NCBI GenBank assembly: GCA_046758965.1
Contig: JBHIBG010000073.1
Coordinates: forward strand, 1-13,516
Reading direction: 5' to 3'
Length of the DNA: 13,516 nt
DNA from: Candidatus Methylomirabilia bacterium
Lineage (GTDB): Bacteria > Methylomirabilota > Methylomirabilia > Rokubacteriales > CSP1-6
In this document: piece by piece, positions 1-7,665 of the stretch
How the letters are laid out: each line of letters opens with the position of its first letter
How positions within the stretch are numbered: the first letter of the stretch is position 1
Program-made: the position numbers and the translations under genes
The notes under the pieces: generated by a model
What the model was told of the DNA's origin: nothing
Databases searched by the model: none
The model's input: the letters and a program-made list of their open reading frames with translations, nothing else

Positions 1-2
1 TC

Positions 3-899
3 AAGGCCATGACGGCGACGTCGGGGCCCGGCTGGGCGCTGATGGTGGAGGGGCTTCAGTACGCCGTGATGACCGAAACCCCGGTCGTGGTCGCGCTCGT
101 CCAGCGGCTCGGTCCGAGCACGGGCGGTGCCACTCAGGGGGCGCAGGGAGATGTCCTGCTGGCCGAGTTCTGTACCTCCGGCGGGTACACGATCCCCGTG
201 TTCTGTCCCAGCACTCCGTCGGAGTGCTTCGCCCTCACCGTGCACGCGTTCAACTGGTCCGAGGTGCTCAGGAGCCCCGTGGTCCTGCTCAGCGATAAAG
301 AGGTCGCGATGACCTATGAGGCCGTAGATGAGGCCGAGCTGCCGAACTTGCCCCTGTGGACCCGGCCGATGGCGACCGAAAGCCCTTACCGAGTCTTCGA
401 TTTTTCGGCTCCCCACGAGGTCCCCCCCTTTGCGCCTTTGGCTGGCTCGCGAAAGCTCACGCTCACGGGCTCCGCTCATAACAAAGATGGCTGGCTTCGG
501 AAGAATGATCCGGAAACGCTCGAGGTCCTTCGCCACCTGCAAGCGAAGATCGACGCCCGGGCGACCGAGATGGTCATGGTCACCCACGATCTCCAGGAAG
601 ACACGGAGACCCTCGTGGTCGCGTACGGGATCAGCAGCCGGGCCGCTCACCAGGCCGTGTTTCGGGGGCGGGCCATGGGGAGGCGCCTGTCGTTTCTGGG
701 CCTGCAGACCCTCTTTCCCGTTCCGGCGGACGCGATTCGCCACGCGGCCCGGACCGCCAAGCGGGTGGTGGTCGCCGAGGAGAATCTCTCCGGGCTCTAC
801 CGGATGGTATTGGCGGCAACCCTTCCCGGCGTGGAACTGGTCGGAGTCAACAAGCTTGGAGGCATGATCCGGCCGGAGGAGATCCTGGAGGCTCTATGA
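3..899 (+). CDS. 2-oxoacid:ferredoxin oxidoreductase alpha subunit (KorA/PorA-like), 5'-partial
   Basis: Motifs (K)AMTATSGPG, ETPVVV..VQRxGPSTG, QGD and PVVLLSD, plus a C-terminal transketolase-like domain (VAYGISSRAA...VVAEEN...G). The frame is open to the window edge. Its stop overlaps the next start (ATGA at 896-899). Confidence 0.93.
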   Translation, partial: KAMTATSGPGWALMVEGLQYAVMTETPVVVALVQRLGPSTGGATQGAQGDVLLAEFCTSGGYTIPVFCPSTPSECFALTVHAFNWSEVLRSPVVLLSDKEVAMTYEAVDEAELPNLPLWTRPMATESPYRVFDFSAPHEVPPFAPLAGSRKLTLTGSAHNKDGWLRKNDPETLEVLRHLQAKIDARATEMVMVTHDLQEDTETLVVAYGISSRAAHQAVFRGRAMGRRLSFLGLQTLFPVPADAIRHAARTAKRVVVAEENLSGLYRMVLAATLPGVELVGVNKLGGMIRPEEILEAL

Positions 900-2245
900 A
901 GAGGAGCGAGGAGCGCGAGTCTTACCTTGCCGACCGGCCCTTTCCGTACTGTAAGGGCTGCGGGCATGGCCTCGTGGCCAGGCGCCTGAATGAGGCGCTG
1001 ATCCGCCTCAGGCTGGACCCGAACGACGTCGTTCTCACCAGCGACATCGGGTGCGTCGGCCTGGTGGACCCCCTGTTCCCCAGCCTGCACACCGTGCACA
1101 CCATCCATGGGCGGTCGACGGCCGTCGCCACCGGCGCCGTGCTGGCCGACGCCCTGCTGGGCCAGGGGCGGATGAAGAACATCGTGATGATCGGTGACGG
1201 TGGCGCGACCATCGGCCTTCTTCACCTCGCCCAGGCTGCCCTCATGAACGTGGATCTCACGGTGTTGCTTCACAACAACCTGCTCTACGGGATGACGGGC
1301 GGCCAGCACTCCGCCTTCTCTCCCGAGGGGCTCGCCACCACCACCACTCCGCACGGGAACTGGCTGCCTTCGCTGGACATGGAGCATTTCTTGAGCGGCT
1401 GTCAGGGCGGGTTTTTCGCCCGGCAGCTGGCCACGGATCGGGAGCTGGGCGACGTCATCGCCGAGGCGATCCGCTATCCGGGCTTCGCCCTCGTCGAGAT
1501 TCTCGAGCTCTGCACGGGCTACGGCGTCCCCCTGAACCACATGGACGGCGCGTCCCTGCGGAGCATGGCTGAGGCAAGCGGACACCGGTGGGGCCTCCGG
1601 ATCAAGCGGACGGACCGGCGTCCTTACCACGAAGGCTATCGCGAACGCATCCCCGCGCGGTCCCCGCACGCGGAGGCGAAAGCCCCTGAGGCGAGCCCCA
1701 TGCCACCGTTTTCCCACCGTCTGACCGGTCCGATGGGGATCGTGATCGCAGGGAGCGCCGGCGAACGGGTTCAGTCCGCCGCTGCGGTCCTGTGCCAGGC
1801 AGCCGTCCTTTCCACGCTTTTCTGCACTCAGAAGAACGACTATCCGGTCACGGTGGGAACCGGCTTTTCGTTGTCCGAAGTGGCGCTAAGTCCCCAGACC
1901 ATCCTCTACACCGGCATTGAATACCCGAACGCCGTTTTGATCACCTCCGCGGATGGGTTACGCGAAGTCAGGAGCCGGGGGGCCGTCGCCCGTCTGGCCT
2001 CCTCGGGACTCGTGATCGCCGACGAGAGCGTGGCGGCGGAACTGCCGGGGGATCATCTGCTTTCCCTTCCGCTGCGCCGGGAGCTGTCGCCAAAGATGGC
2101 CGCCCTCGGGGCCGTCACGGTCCTGATCGAGCGGACGGGGATTCTCGACAAGAAGGCGCTCTCGCACGCGGTCGCGGTCCTGGTCGGCCAGGAGCAGGCC
2201 GCCTATGTCGGGGCGATTGACACGGCGTGGGGCCTGAGGGTGTAG
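896..2245 (+). CDS. 2-oxoacid:ferredoxin oxidoreductase beta subunit (TPP-binding) fused to a C-terminal gamma-type domain
   Basis: Beta motifs YCKGCG, SDIGC, TIHGR, GDGG, NNLLYGMTGGQHS and ELC. After a Pro-rich linker comes a gamma-like domain (IVIAGSAGERVQSAA...TQKNDYPVTVGTGFSLSEV). Translationally coupled to alpha. Confidence 0.9.
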   Translation: MKRSEERESYLADRPFPYCKGCGHGLVARRLNEALIRLRLDPNDVVLTSDIGCVGLVDPLFPSLHTVHTIHGRSTAVATGAVLADALLGQGRMKNIVMIGDGGATIGLLHLAQAALMNVDLTVLLHNNLLYGMTGGQHSAFSPEGLATTTTPHGNWLPSLDMEHFLSGCQGGFFARQLATDRELGDVIAEAIRYPGFALVEILELCTGYGVPLNHMDGASLRSMAEASGHRWGLRIKRTDRRPYHEGYRERIPARSPHAEAKAPEASPMPPFSHRLTGPMGIVIAGSAGERVQSAAAVLCQAAVLSTLFCTQKNDYPVTVGTGFSLSEVALSPQTILYTGIEYPNAVLITSADGLREVRSRGAVARLASSGLVIADESVAAELPGDHLLSLPLRRELSPKMAALGAVTVLIERTGILDKKALSHAVAVLVGQEQAAYVGAIDTAWGLRV

Positions 2246-2287
2246 GATCGCGCCATCACGGGGCGCGGCGGGGCCGCACGCGGGAAA

Positions 2288-2389
2288 CTGGGGCGATTCT
2301 ACCAGCAGCTTGTTGAACTGGCGGAGGCCCGTGAACGGCTCGTACCCGCTACGGTGATCGCTGCCAAGGCATCGACCGGCAATCGCTGA
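2288..2389 (+). pseudogene. possible N-terminal remnant of an XdhC/CoxI-family protein
   Basis: Reads LGRFYQQLVELAEARERLVPATVIAAKASTGNR*, resembling the XdhC N-terminus (..ATV...GSTPR). There is no ATG and it is very short. Confidence 0.3.
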
Positions 2390-2467
2390 GGAGAAGAGTC
2401 GTCGAATCTGGGTGGGTCGGGTCGACGGTCGATGGATCCGGAGAGCGGATGAAAGAGGGGTGGGATT

Positions 2468-3475
2468 ATGGCACGGGTAGGCTTCGCACTCGGATACGGC
2501 AAGTTCACAAACGTGAGGGACATAGCGAGCCTGATGCACCGGGCGGAAGAGCGCGGCTACGACATGGGATTTTTCTCGGAGACGATCGAGCTGATGCGCG
2601 ATTCCATGACCGCACTCACCGCCATCGCCCACGCCACCAAGAAGCTGAGCCTGTGCGCGACCCAGATCGTGCGCCTGCGCAGCCCCGTCGTAATGGCGCA
2701 ATCGCTGGCCAGTTTGGACGAGCTGACGGGTGGCCGCATGACGCTGGCGCCGGGCGCCTGCACGAACAGCCATGCCAAGGTGCACTGCCTCGAGCCCCTG
2801 GATCCCGCCTTGACGCTCAAGGAGTGGGTCGAGTCAATGCGGCTCATCCTCACCGGCGAGAAGGTCTCCTATCACGGCAAGGTGGTGAACTTCGACGACG
2901 TTGGGCTGGCGTGGAAGCCCGTTCGCACTTACATCCCTCTCTATATTCCAGCCACAAGCCGTACGGGCCTGCGGCTGGCCGGGCAGGTGGGTGACGGCGT
3001 CGTTTTGAACGCCATCTGCTCTCCGGAGTACACGGTCAACGCGCTCAAGATCCTCAGGGAGGCAGCCGAGGCGGCAGGAAGGGACTGGTCGAAGTTCGAG
3101 GTCGCTCAGCTCATCAACTGTTCCGTCGAGGACGATCATCAGAAGGCGCTGGACGAAATCCGGTGGGAGGTGGCCACCAAGTTGGATCCTGTCCAGCTTC
3201 CCTTCATCGCCGGGCCTAAGATGCGAGTGGGCGAACCCTACATGAGGAAGGAAGACATCCCGAGGTTCGAGGCAGCCTATGCTAAGCGTGGCATGGAGGG
3301 CCTCCTCAAGGCGGTCCCGGATTCCTATGTCGAGGGAATGACCGCGAGCGGGACGCCCGATGAGGTGCGGCAGCGCGTCCAGCAATACCGCGACGCCGGT
3401 GTAAAGCTCCCGCTCCTCAGGCCGGCGGCGATGCATCAAGCACAGCGGTTGGTGGACCTGTTCGCACAGAAGTAG
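2468..3475 (+). CDS. LLM-class (luciferase-like) flavin- or F420-dependent oxidoreductase
   Basis: 335 aa with AEERGYD, RSPVVMAQSLASLDELTGGRMTL, GEKVSYHGK, PLYIPA...LRLAGQVGDGVVL and GTPDEVRQRVQQYRDAGV. Purine-rich RBS upstream. Confidence 0.92.
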   Translation: MARVGFALGYGKFTNVRDIASLMHRAEERGYDMGFFSETIELMRDSMTALTAIAHATKKLSLCATQIVRLRSPVVMAQSLASLDELTGGRMTLAPGACTNSHAKVHCLEPLDPALTLKEWVESMRLILTGEKVSYHGKVVNFDDVGLAWKPVRTYIPLYIPATSRTGLRLAGQVGDGVVLNAICSPEYTVNALKILREAAEAAGRDWSKFEVAQLINCSVEDDHQKALDEIRWEVATKLDPVQLPFIAGPKMRVGEPYMRKEDIPRFEAAYAKRGMEGLLKAVPDSYVEGMTASGTPDEVRQRVQQYRDAGVKLPLLRPAAMHQAQRLVDLFAQK

Positions 3476-3513
3476 CGCGGGAGAGGGAGTACCCGGAAAG
3501 CGAGGAGGCGAAC

Positions 3514-3726
3514 GTGAAGGTCAGAACACTCGCCCTCATCGTTACCCTCGGCCTCGGCCTGCTCGCCGCGCCGCTGCCAGCCGAAGCGCAGACGGCTTCT
3601 TCTCGCTCCGCAACCAGAGCGCTCGCCGCCCCTTCCCTGCAAGAACTGCGTGACCTCGACTGGGTCAAGGCCCGGAAACCTCCGGTTCCCCCGCGCTCGT
3701 GGCCGAGCTGGTACCTCTGAGCTTGT
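3514..3726 (+). pseudogene. decayed ABC substrate-binding protein paralog (signal peptide plus internal fragments)
   Basis: GAGGAGG RBS then GTG. The signal peptide MKVRTLALIVTLGLGLLAAPLPAEAQ closely resembles those at 9061 and 10072. LQELRDLDWVK matches ..LRDLG(W/Y)VEG, and a shifted frame gives PALVAELVPL (cf. LAEEVIRL in the intact copy). Confidence 0.75.
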
Positions 3727-3796
3727 GGTGCCTCGGCCGGAGGGGCCGGGCTAACCCCTCCCAGCCGGATGCCCCCACCTGTCCTCAGCTTTCTCC

Positions 3797-3826
3797 TTGA
3801 CTCGCTCTTCATCTGCCCTATATCGT
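3797..3826 (+). promoter_or_regulatory. putative sigma70 promoter
   Basis: TTGACT (3797-3802), 18 bp spacer, TATCGT (3821-3826); lies directly upstream of repeat A1. Confidence 0.45.
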
Positions 3827-3838
3827 GGTCCGGCGGAG

Positions 3839-3876
3839 ACCGTCGGAGCTCCGGCCGGCCCCTGGCGGAAGGCCTA
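3839..3876 (+). repeat. repeat A, copy 1
   Basis: ACCGTCGGAGCTCCGGCCGGCCCCTGGCGGAAGGCCTA; 35/38 identical to 7242-7279. Confidence 0.9.
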
Positions 3877-3890
3877 ACAAGGCCTTTTAT
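3869..3890 (+). terminator. hairpin with short T-run (intrinsic-terminator-like, or a recombination-site palindrome)
   Basis: AAGGCCT-AACA-AGGCCTT followed by TTAT; 7-bp perfect stem. Confidence 0.45.
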
Positions 3891-4098
3891 GCTTCTTACG
3901 CTTGTCGGCTGAAGCGGTAAATGAGCGGTCCCATCTTCAAACTCTACAAGGAGAATATTCGCTCCTGAAATCTAACTTCAAGGTCATCATCTAGAAAAAC
4001 GAATTGATACCGATTATGGGCTTTGATGAGAACTCGAAAGTTCGGGGAAACGGATTCTCAAGCCCCCATCTCCAAGGAGAGAACGGAGGATAATATCT

Positions 4099-4992
4099 AT
4101 GAATCAACTACTTGAATCCTCGGTTTGGATCGAGAACATGATTAAGGAATTCATTGACCACTCACCTGAAAATACTCTCAAGAATCATGGCAATGACAAG
4201 GCTTTTGAGACTCCCCTGGTGGGCTTCTCAAGAGGAGATGATCCCTTATACGAGGCGTACAAGGATCACGTAGGGCCTTTTTACTTAACCCCTTGGGAGA
4301 TATTCGTCATCACATTTCGAGAGTTCAGCGTAAAACCCGAGGAACTTGCCGTCATAAGCTGGATTCTGCCTCAGACCAAGGCGAGCAAGGCCGATAACAG
4401 AAAAGAGAACTTTTATCCCTCGGAGCGATGGGCCAGAGCCCGTATATTCGGCGAAGAGGTCAATGACAAGCTCCGAAAGCATGTCGTGGCGTCTCTGGAG
4501 TCGGCAGGGTACCAGGCCATCGCTCCCGCCCTCACTCGCCAATTCAGTACACGAATCTCCCCGAGATATGGGCTTGCTTCTACTTGGTCGGAACGCCATG
4601 CAGCTCACGCATCAGGACTCGGAACTTTCGGCCTCTGCGATGGCCTGATCACCCCCGTTGGCAAGGCAATGCGCACAGGTTCTGTTGTTGCCCGCGTCCA
4701 AGTCCCTCCCACTCCCAGGCCCTATAAGGATCATCACGAGTACTGCCTCTTCTTTTCGCAGGGCATCTGCAAGAAATGCATCTCACGATGTCCGGTGGGC
4801 GCCATCACAGAAGCGGGCAAGGATAAGACGACATGTTATATGCATCTTTTCCCGGTTACCAAAGACTATGTTACATCCAAGTATGGCTTTGATGGGTATG
4901 GGTGCGGTCTATGCCAGACAAAGGTCCCGTGCGAGTCTAAGATACCTTCGAGGCAAGATGCGGAAACACAGAATTCTGATGAAATCGCATAG
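4099..4992 (+). CDS. QueG/reductive-dehalogenase-like 4Fe-4S (probably cobamide-binding) oxidoreductase
   Basis: WSERHAAHASGLGTFG, GLITPVGKAMRTGSVV, Cx7CxxCxxxCP and C...CGLCQTKVPC (8 Cys, enough for two clusters). GGAGGA RBS. Visibly lower GC than its flanks. Confidence 0.85.
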   Translation: MNQLLESSVWIENMIKEFIDHSPENTLKNHGNDKAFETPLVGFSRGDDPLYEAYKDHVGPFYLTPWEIFVITFREFSVKPEELAVISWILPQTKASKADNRKENFYPSERWARARIFGEEVNDKLRKHVVASLESAGYQAIAPALTRQFSTRISPRYGLASTWSERHAAHASGLGTFGLCDGLITPVGKAMRTGSVVARVQVPPTPRPYKDHHEYCLFFSQGICKKCISRCPVGAITEAGKDKTTCYMHLFPVTKDYVTSKYGFDGYGCGLCQTKVPCESKIPSRQDAETQNSDEIA

Positions 4993-5019
4993 CCAATGAA
5001 AACAGAGGCAAGCGATCTC

Positions 5020-5110
5020 CGTATCTCCGGAGCGCCCTCAGGGAGGCAGGCGCCGGATGCCCTGCGCCTGCCGGCCGTCCCGGGCGGGAGGTCTGAGAAA
5101 GGCCTTGTGT
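5020..5110 (+). repeat. repeat B, copy 1
   Basis: 91 bp from CGTATC to AAAGGCCTTGTGT. Its 36-bp core (5048-5083) is identical to 7531-7566. Contains a GGCAGGCGC/GCGCCTGCC hairpin. Confidence 0.92.
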
Positions 5111-5207
5111 GAAGCAGGGGAATCGGATCCGGCGAACTGAAGGCGGTCAGCCCGAGGGCAGGCTGACCGCACCAGAACCACGGATTCAGAGAAAGGAGAC
5201 GGGAAAC

Positions 5208-5633
5208 ATGGAACAGGAAAGACTGTGGAAGCGTTTTCAAGAGCACATGGCCTACACCGATGAAGAAATGGAGGTGTTCAAGTCGGACCCCGTGCGAGTC
5301 AAGATGGTGACCGAAACCCCTGAGTTCGTGAAGACCCGCATCATCGCCGAGGTGATCGAGTCGCACGGATGTCACGCGCGGCACAAAGTGGGCCACAAGT
5401 TCGTCATGGACGGCAACGGCCAGCTCGTCACCAAGGAATGCCCGGACAAGATGTGCCTCTTTGCACTCAGCGCGCTGCAGGCGCCGATCAACACGATCTA
5501 CGAACGGTTCATCAACCACGCCGACCCGAAACATGAACGAACGATGACGGTGCAGTGCTCCGACGTGGGCCTGGACAAGGGCGGGTGGGGCAAGATTCTC
5601 ATGAAGGTGTACGTTGAAGACATCCGAGCCTAG
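5208..5633 (+). CDS. small Cys-rich hypothetical protein, TIGR04076-like
   Basis: 141 aa from the ATG after the AAAGGAG RBS. Pattern IIAEVIESHGCHARHKVGHKF...CPDKMC...QCSD...G.I.MKV. The ORF-track start at 5109 is probably too far upstream. Confidence 0.7.
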   Translation: MEQERLWKRFQEHMAYTDEEMEVFKSDPVRVKMVTETPEFVKTRIIAEVIESHGCHARHKVGHKFVMDGNGQLVTKECPDKMCLFALSALQAPINTIYERFINHADPKHERTMTVQCSDVGLDKGGWGKILMKVYVEDIRA

Positions 5634-5656
5634 AGCGAGCCGGGGGAGCGGGTGCC

Positions 5657-7195
5657 ATGCGATACAATTTTGGAGGGGCGCTTCGGTTCAATGCGGAACA
5701 GTTCGCCGACAAGCCCGCCGTGGTGACGGATGATCGCTCGGTGACCTACGAAGAACTGAACGAGCGCGTCAACCGCGCGATCGGCGCCCTCGGGAAGGCG
5801 GGCGTACGCAAGGGGGACAAGGTTGCCGTTCTGGACGGCAACACGACCGAGGCGGTGGAGAACTACTGTGCGATTCTCAAAATGGGCGCCTGCCTCGTGC
5901 CCCTGAACCCACTGGTCCAGGGACGAGAGCTCACCTTGATGCTCAATGACTCCGACAGCACCGCGCTCTTTTTCGGAAAGCGGTTCGTCCCTCTCATTCA
6001 AGCGGTGCACGGCGAGCTGCGGAACATTCCCGCCGATCGACTCATCTGTACATCGGACGAACACGTGGAGGGCTTCACACCCTACGCCAAGCTGATCGAG
6101 GAGGGGAGCCCCGAAGAACCCGACGTTGAGATCGAAGACGCGGATCTGTTCAACATCATGTACTCCTCCGGCACGACGGGGACTCCCAAGGGCATCGTGA
6201 TGAGCCACCGTACGCGTACTATTTTCACCCTCTTTTTCGGCGTGATCTTCGGCATCGGCCGCAAGAGCGTCATTCTGAACTCGACCGCGATCTACCACAA
6301 CGGTTCCTTTGCATTCATGCTCCCGTGTCTGGCCAACGGGGGGACCTTCGTCTTGATGAAGAAATTCGACCCCGAGGGGTGGTTGCAGACGGTCCAGCAT
6401 GAGCGGGTGACCCACGCCTACCTCGTGCCGACGCAGTTCATCAGCATCCTGTCGGTTCCGACGTTCAAGCGGTACGACACGAGCTCCCTGGAGCTCCTGC
6501 TCAGCATGGCGGCGCCCCTCACCAAGAAGACCAAGATCGAGATCCTGGAGAACTTCCATTGTGAGCTGTTCGAGATTTACGGCGTCACAGAGGGTGTCGG
6601 CACCCTCCTGCTCCCGCACGACCAGCTGCGGAAGCTGGGGAGCGTGGGAAGATCCCTTCCCGGCACGAAGATCCGGATCGTCGACGAGCAGATGAAGGAC
6701 GTTCCTGCCGGAGAGATCGGGGAAATCTGTGGCGTCTCTGATCTGGTGATGGAAGGGTACTACAGGAGACCGGATCTCACGGCTGAGGCGATCGTCGACG
6801 GGTGGCTTCGTACGGGCGACCTCGGGAAGCTGGATGAAGAGGGGTATCTGTACCTGGTCGATCGCAAGAAGGACATGATCATTTCTGGAGGAGTCAACGT
6901 CTATCCAAAGGACATCGAAGAGGTGATCATGACCCACCCCGCAATCCGGGAGGTGGCCGTCTTTGGAGTCCCCAGCGTCAAGTGGGGGGAGACACCCCTG
7001 GCGACCGTGATCTTGAGGGAGGGGCAGAGTGCAACGGAGGAGGAACTGCTCTCCTGGATCAACGAGCGGGTGGCCAAGTATCAGCGAGTCAGCCGGGTGT
7101 CGATCCTCGCCGATTTCCCGCGAAACCCTGCCGGCAAGATCTTGAAACGTGAGATGCGTACCCCCTATTGGAAAGAGCAAGAAGGGCTTATCTGA
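5657..7195 (+). CDS. class I adenylate-forming enzyme (acyl-CoA synthetase / AMP-binding)
   Basis: YSSGTTGTPKG, YGVTE, GWLRTGDLG, DRKKDMIISGGVNVYP and PRNPAGKILK motifs; 512 aa. Confidence 0.95.
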   Translation: MRYNFGGALRFNAEQFADKPAVVTDDRSVTYEELNERVNRAIGALGKAGVRKGDKVAVLDGNTTEAVENYCAILKMGACLVPLNPLVQGRELTLMLNDSDSTALFFGKRFVPLIQAVHGELRNIPADRLICTSDEHVEGFTPYAKLIEEGSPEEPDVEIEDADLFNIMYSSGTTGTPKGIVMSHRTRTIFTLFFGVIFGIGRKSVILNSTAIYHNGSFAFMLPCLANGGTFVLMKKFDPEGWLQTVQHERVTHAYLVPTQFISILSVPTFKRYDTSSLELLLSMAAPLTKKTKIEILENFHCELFEIYGVTEGVGTLLLPHDQLRKLGSVGRSLPGTKIRIVDEQMKDVPAGEIGEICGVSDLVMEGYYRRPDLTAEAIVDGWLRTGDLGKLDEEGYLYLVDRKKDMIISGGVNVYPKDIEEVIMTHPAIREVAVFGVPSVKWGETPLATVILREGQSATEEELLSWINERVAKYQRVSRVSILADFPRNPAGKILKREMRTPYWKEQEGLI

Positions 7196-7241
7196 GCTCG
7201 CGCTCGCTTGAGAAGCCGGGGGACCGCCCACATCCCTGCTC

Positions 7242-7279
7242 ACCGTCGGAGCGCTGGCCGGCCCCCGGCGGAAGGCCTA
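7242..7279 (+). repeat. repeat A, copy 2
   Basis: ACCGTCGGAGCGCTGGCCGGCCCCCGGCGGAAGGCCTA. Similarity to A1 stops at the TA, followed by the segment carrying the IS630 fragment. Confidence 0.9.
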
Positions 7280-7291
7280 TTGACACACCTT

Positions 7292-7501
7292 GAGAACGAC
7301 CACGTGCCCCCTGAGATGCCGCAAGAGGTGACGGAGAACCTTGGCGACCTCCACGCCTGTGATGTTGCTCGTGTGGAATTGGACATGCAGCGCCAGGCGT
7401 CTATTCCCAGGGGAAACGGTGAGTCGCGAGATGGTAGAGATCCCATCGTGCTGGTAGCTATAGCGCAGGATCGCACTGTCCCCCACGGGTGCCCAGGTTT
7501 T
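7292..7501 (-). mobile_element. internal fragment of an IS630-family DDE transposase (pseudogene)
   Basis: The minus strand reads KTWAPVGDSAILRYSYQHDGISTISRLTVSPGNRRLALHVQFHTSNITGVEVAKVLRHLLRHLRGHVVVL. This matches the IS630 TWAP.G...(F)LRHLLRHL.G.VV..WD segment and is cut just before the second catalytic Asp. Confidence 0.8.
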
Positions 7502-7503
7502 GT

Positions 7504-7593
7504 CGTATCCTCGGGCACCCTGAGGGAGGGAGGCGCCGGATGCCCTGCGCCTGCCGGCCGTCCCGGCGGCGAGACCTGAGAAAGGCCTTTTGT
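7504..7593 (+). repeat. repeat B, copy 2
   Basis: 90 bp from CGTATC to AAAGGCCTTTTGT, aligning with 5020-5110. Confidence 0.92.
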
Positions 7594-7633
7594 AGTTCCC
7601 ATGCTCTCGCTACGCGAAGTGATCAAAGAGCGG

Positions 7634-7650
7634 TTGACAGAAAGAGTCAA
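7634..7650. promoter_or_regulatory. operator-like palindrome TTGAC-N7-GTCAA
   Basis: TTGACAGAAAGAGTCAA immediately before the GGAGG RBS of the gene at 7666. Confidence 0.35.
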
Positions 7651-7665
7651 TGGGGAGGATTGGTT

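Noticed and set aside
3872..3930. Canonical integron attC site (GCCTAAC matches RYYYAAC)
   Set aside because: There is no matching GTTRRRY with an attC-type hairpin downstream, the other repeat copies lack the AAC, and no intI is present.
4004..4017. FNR-like box TTGAT-N4-ATTAT
   Set aside because: 8/10 match in an AT-rich stretch; too weak without comparative support.
4022..4052. Hammerhead ribozyme or cobalamin riboswitch
   Set aside because: TGATGAG...GAAAC is present, but the core is not CUGAUGA-stem-GAAA in register. No B12-box/GCCACTG elements were found.
5630..7243. 537-aa minus-strand ORF and other long antisense ORFs (797-1717, 1958-2785, 2834-3439, 4866-5534, 7240-8088, 9745-10329, 11080-13462)
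   Set aside because: They are shadows of well-supported plus-strand genes in GC-rich DNA and show no recognisable motifs.
7208..7579. 123-aa plus-strand ORF, and the 7489 start for the membrane protein
   Set aside because: Both run through repeats A2/B2 and the antisense of the IS630 fragment. The RBS supports ATG 7666.
3839..7593. CRISPR array
   Set aside because: The repeats are 38-91 bp, of two subtypes, and separated by 0.2-2.1 kb of genes rather than by regular short spacers; no cas operon.
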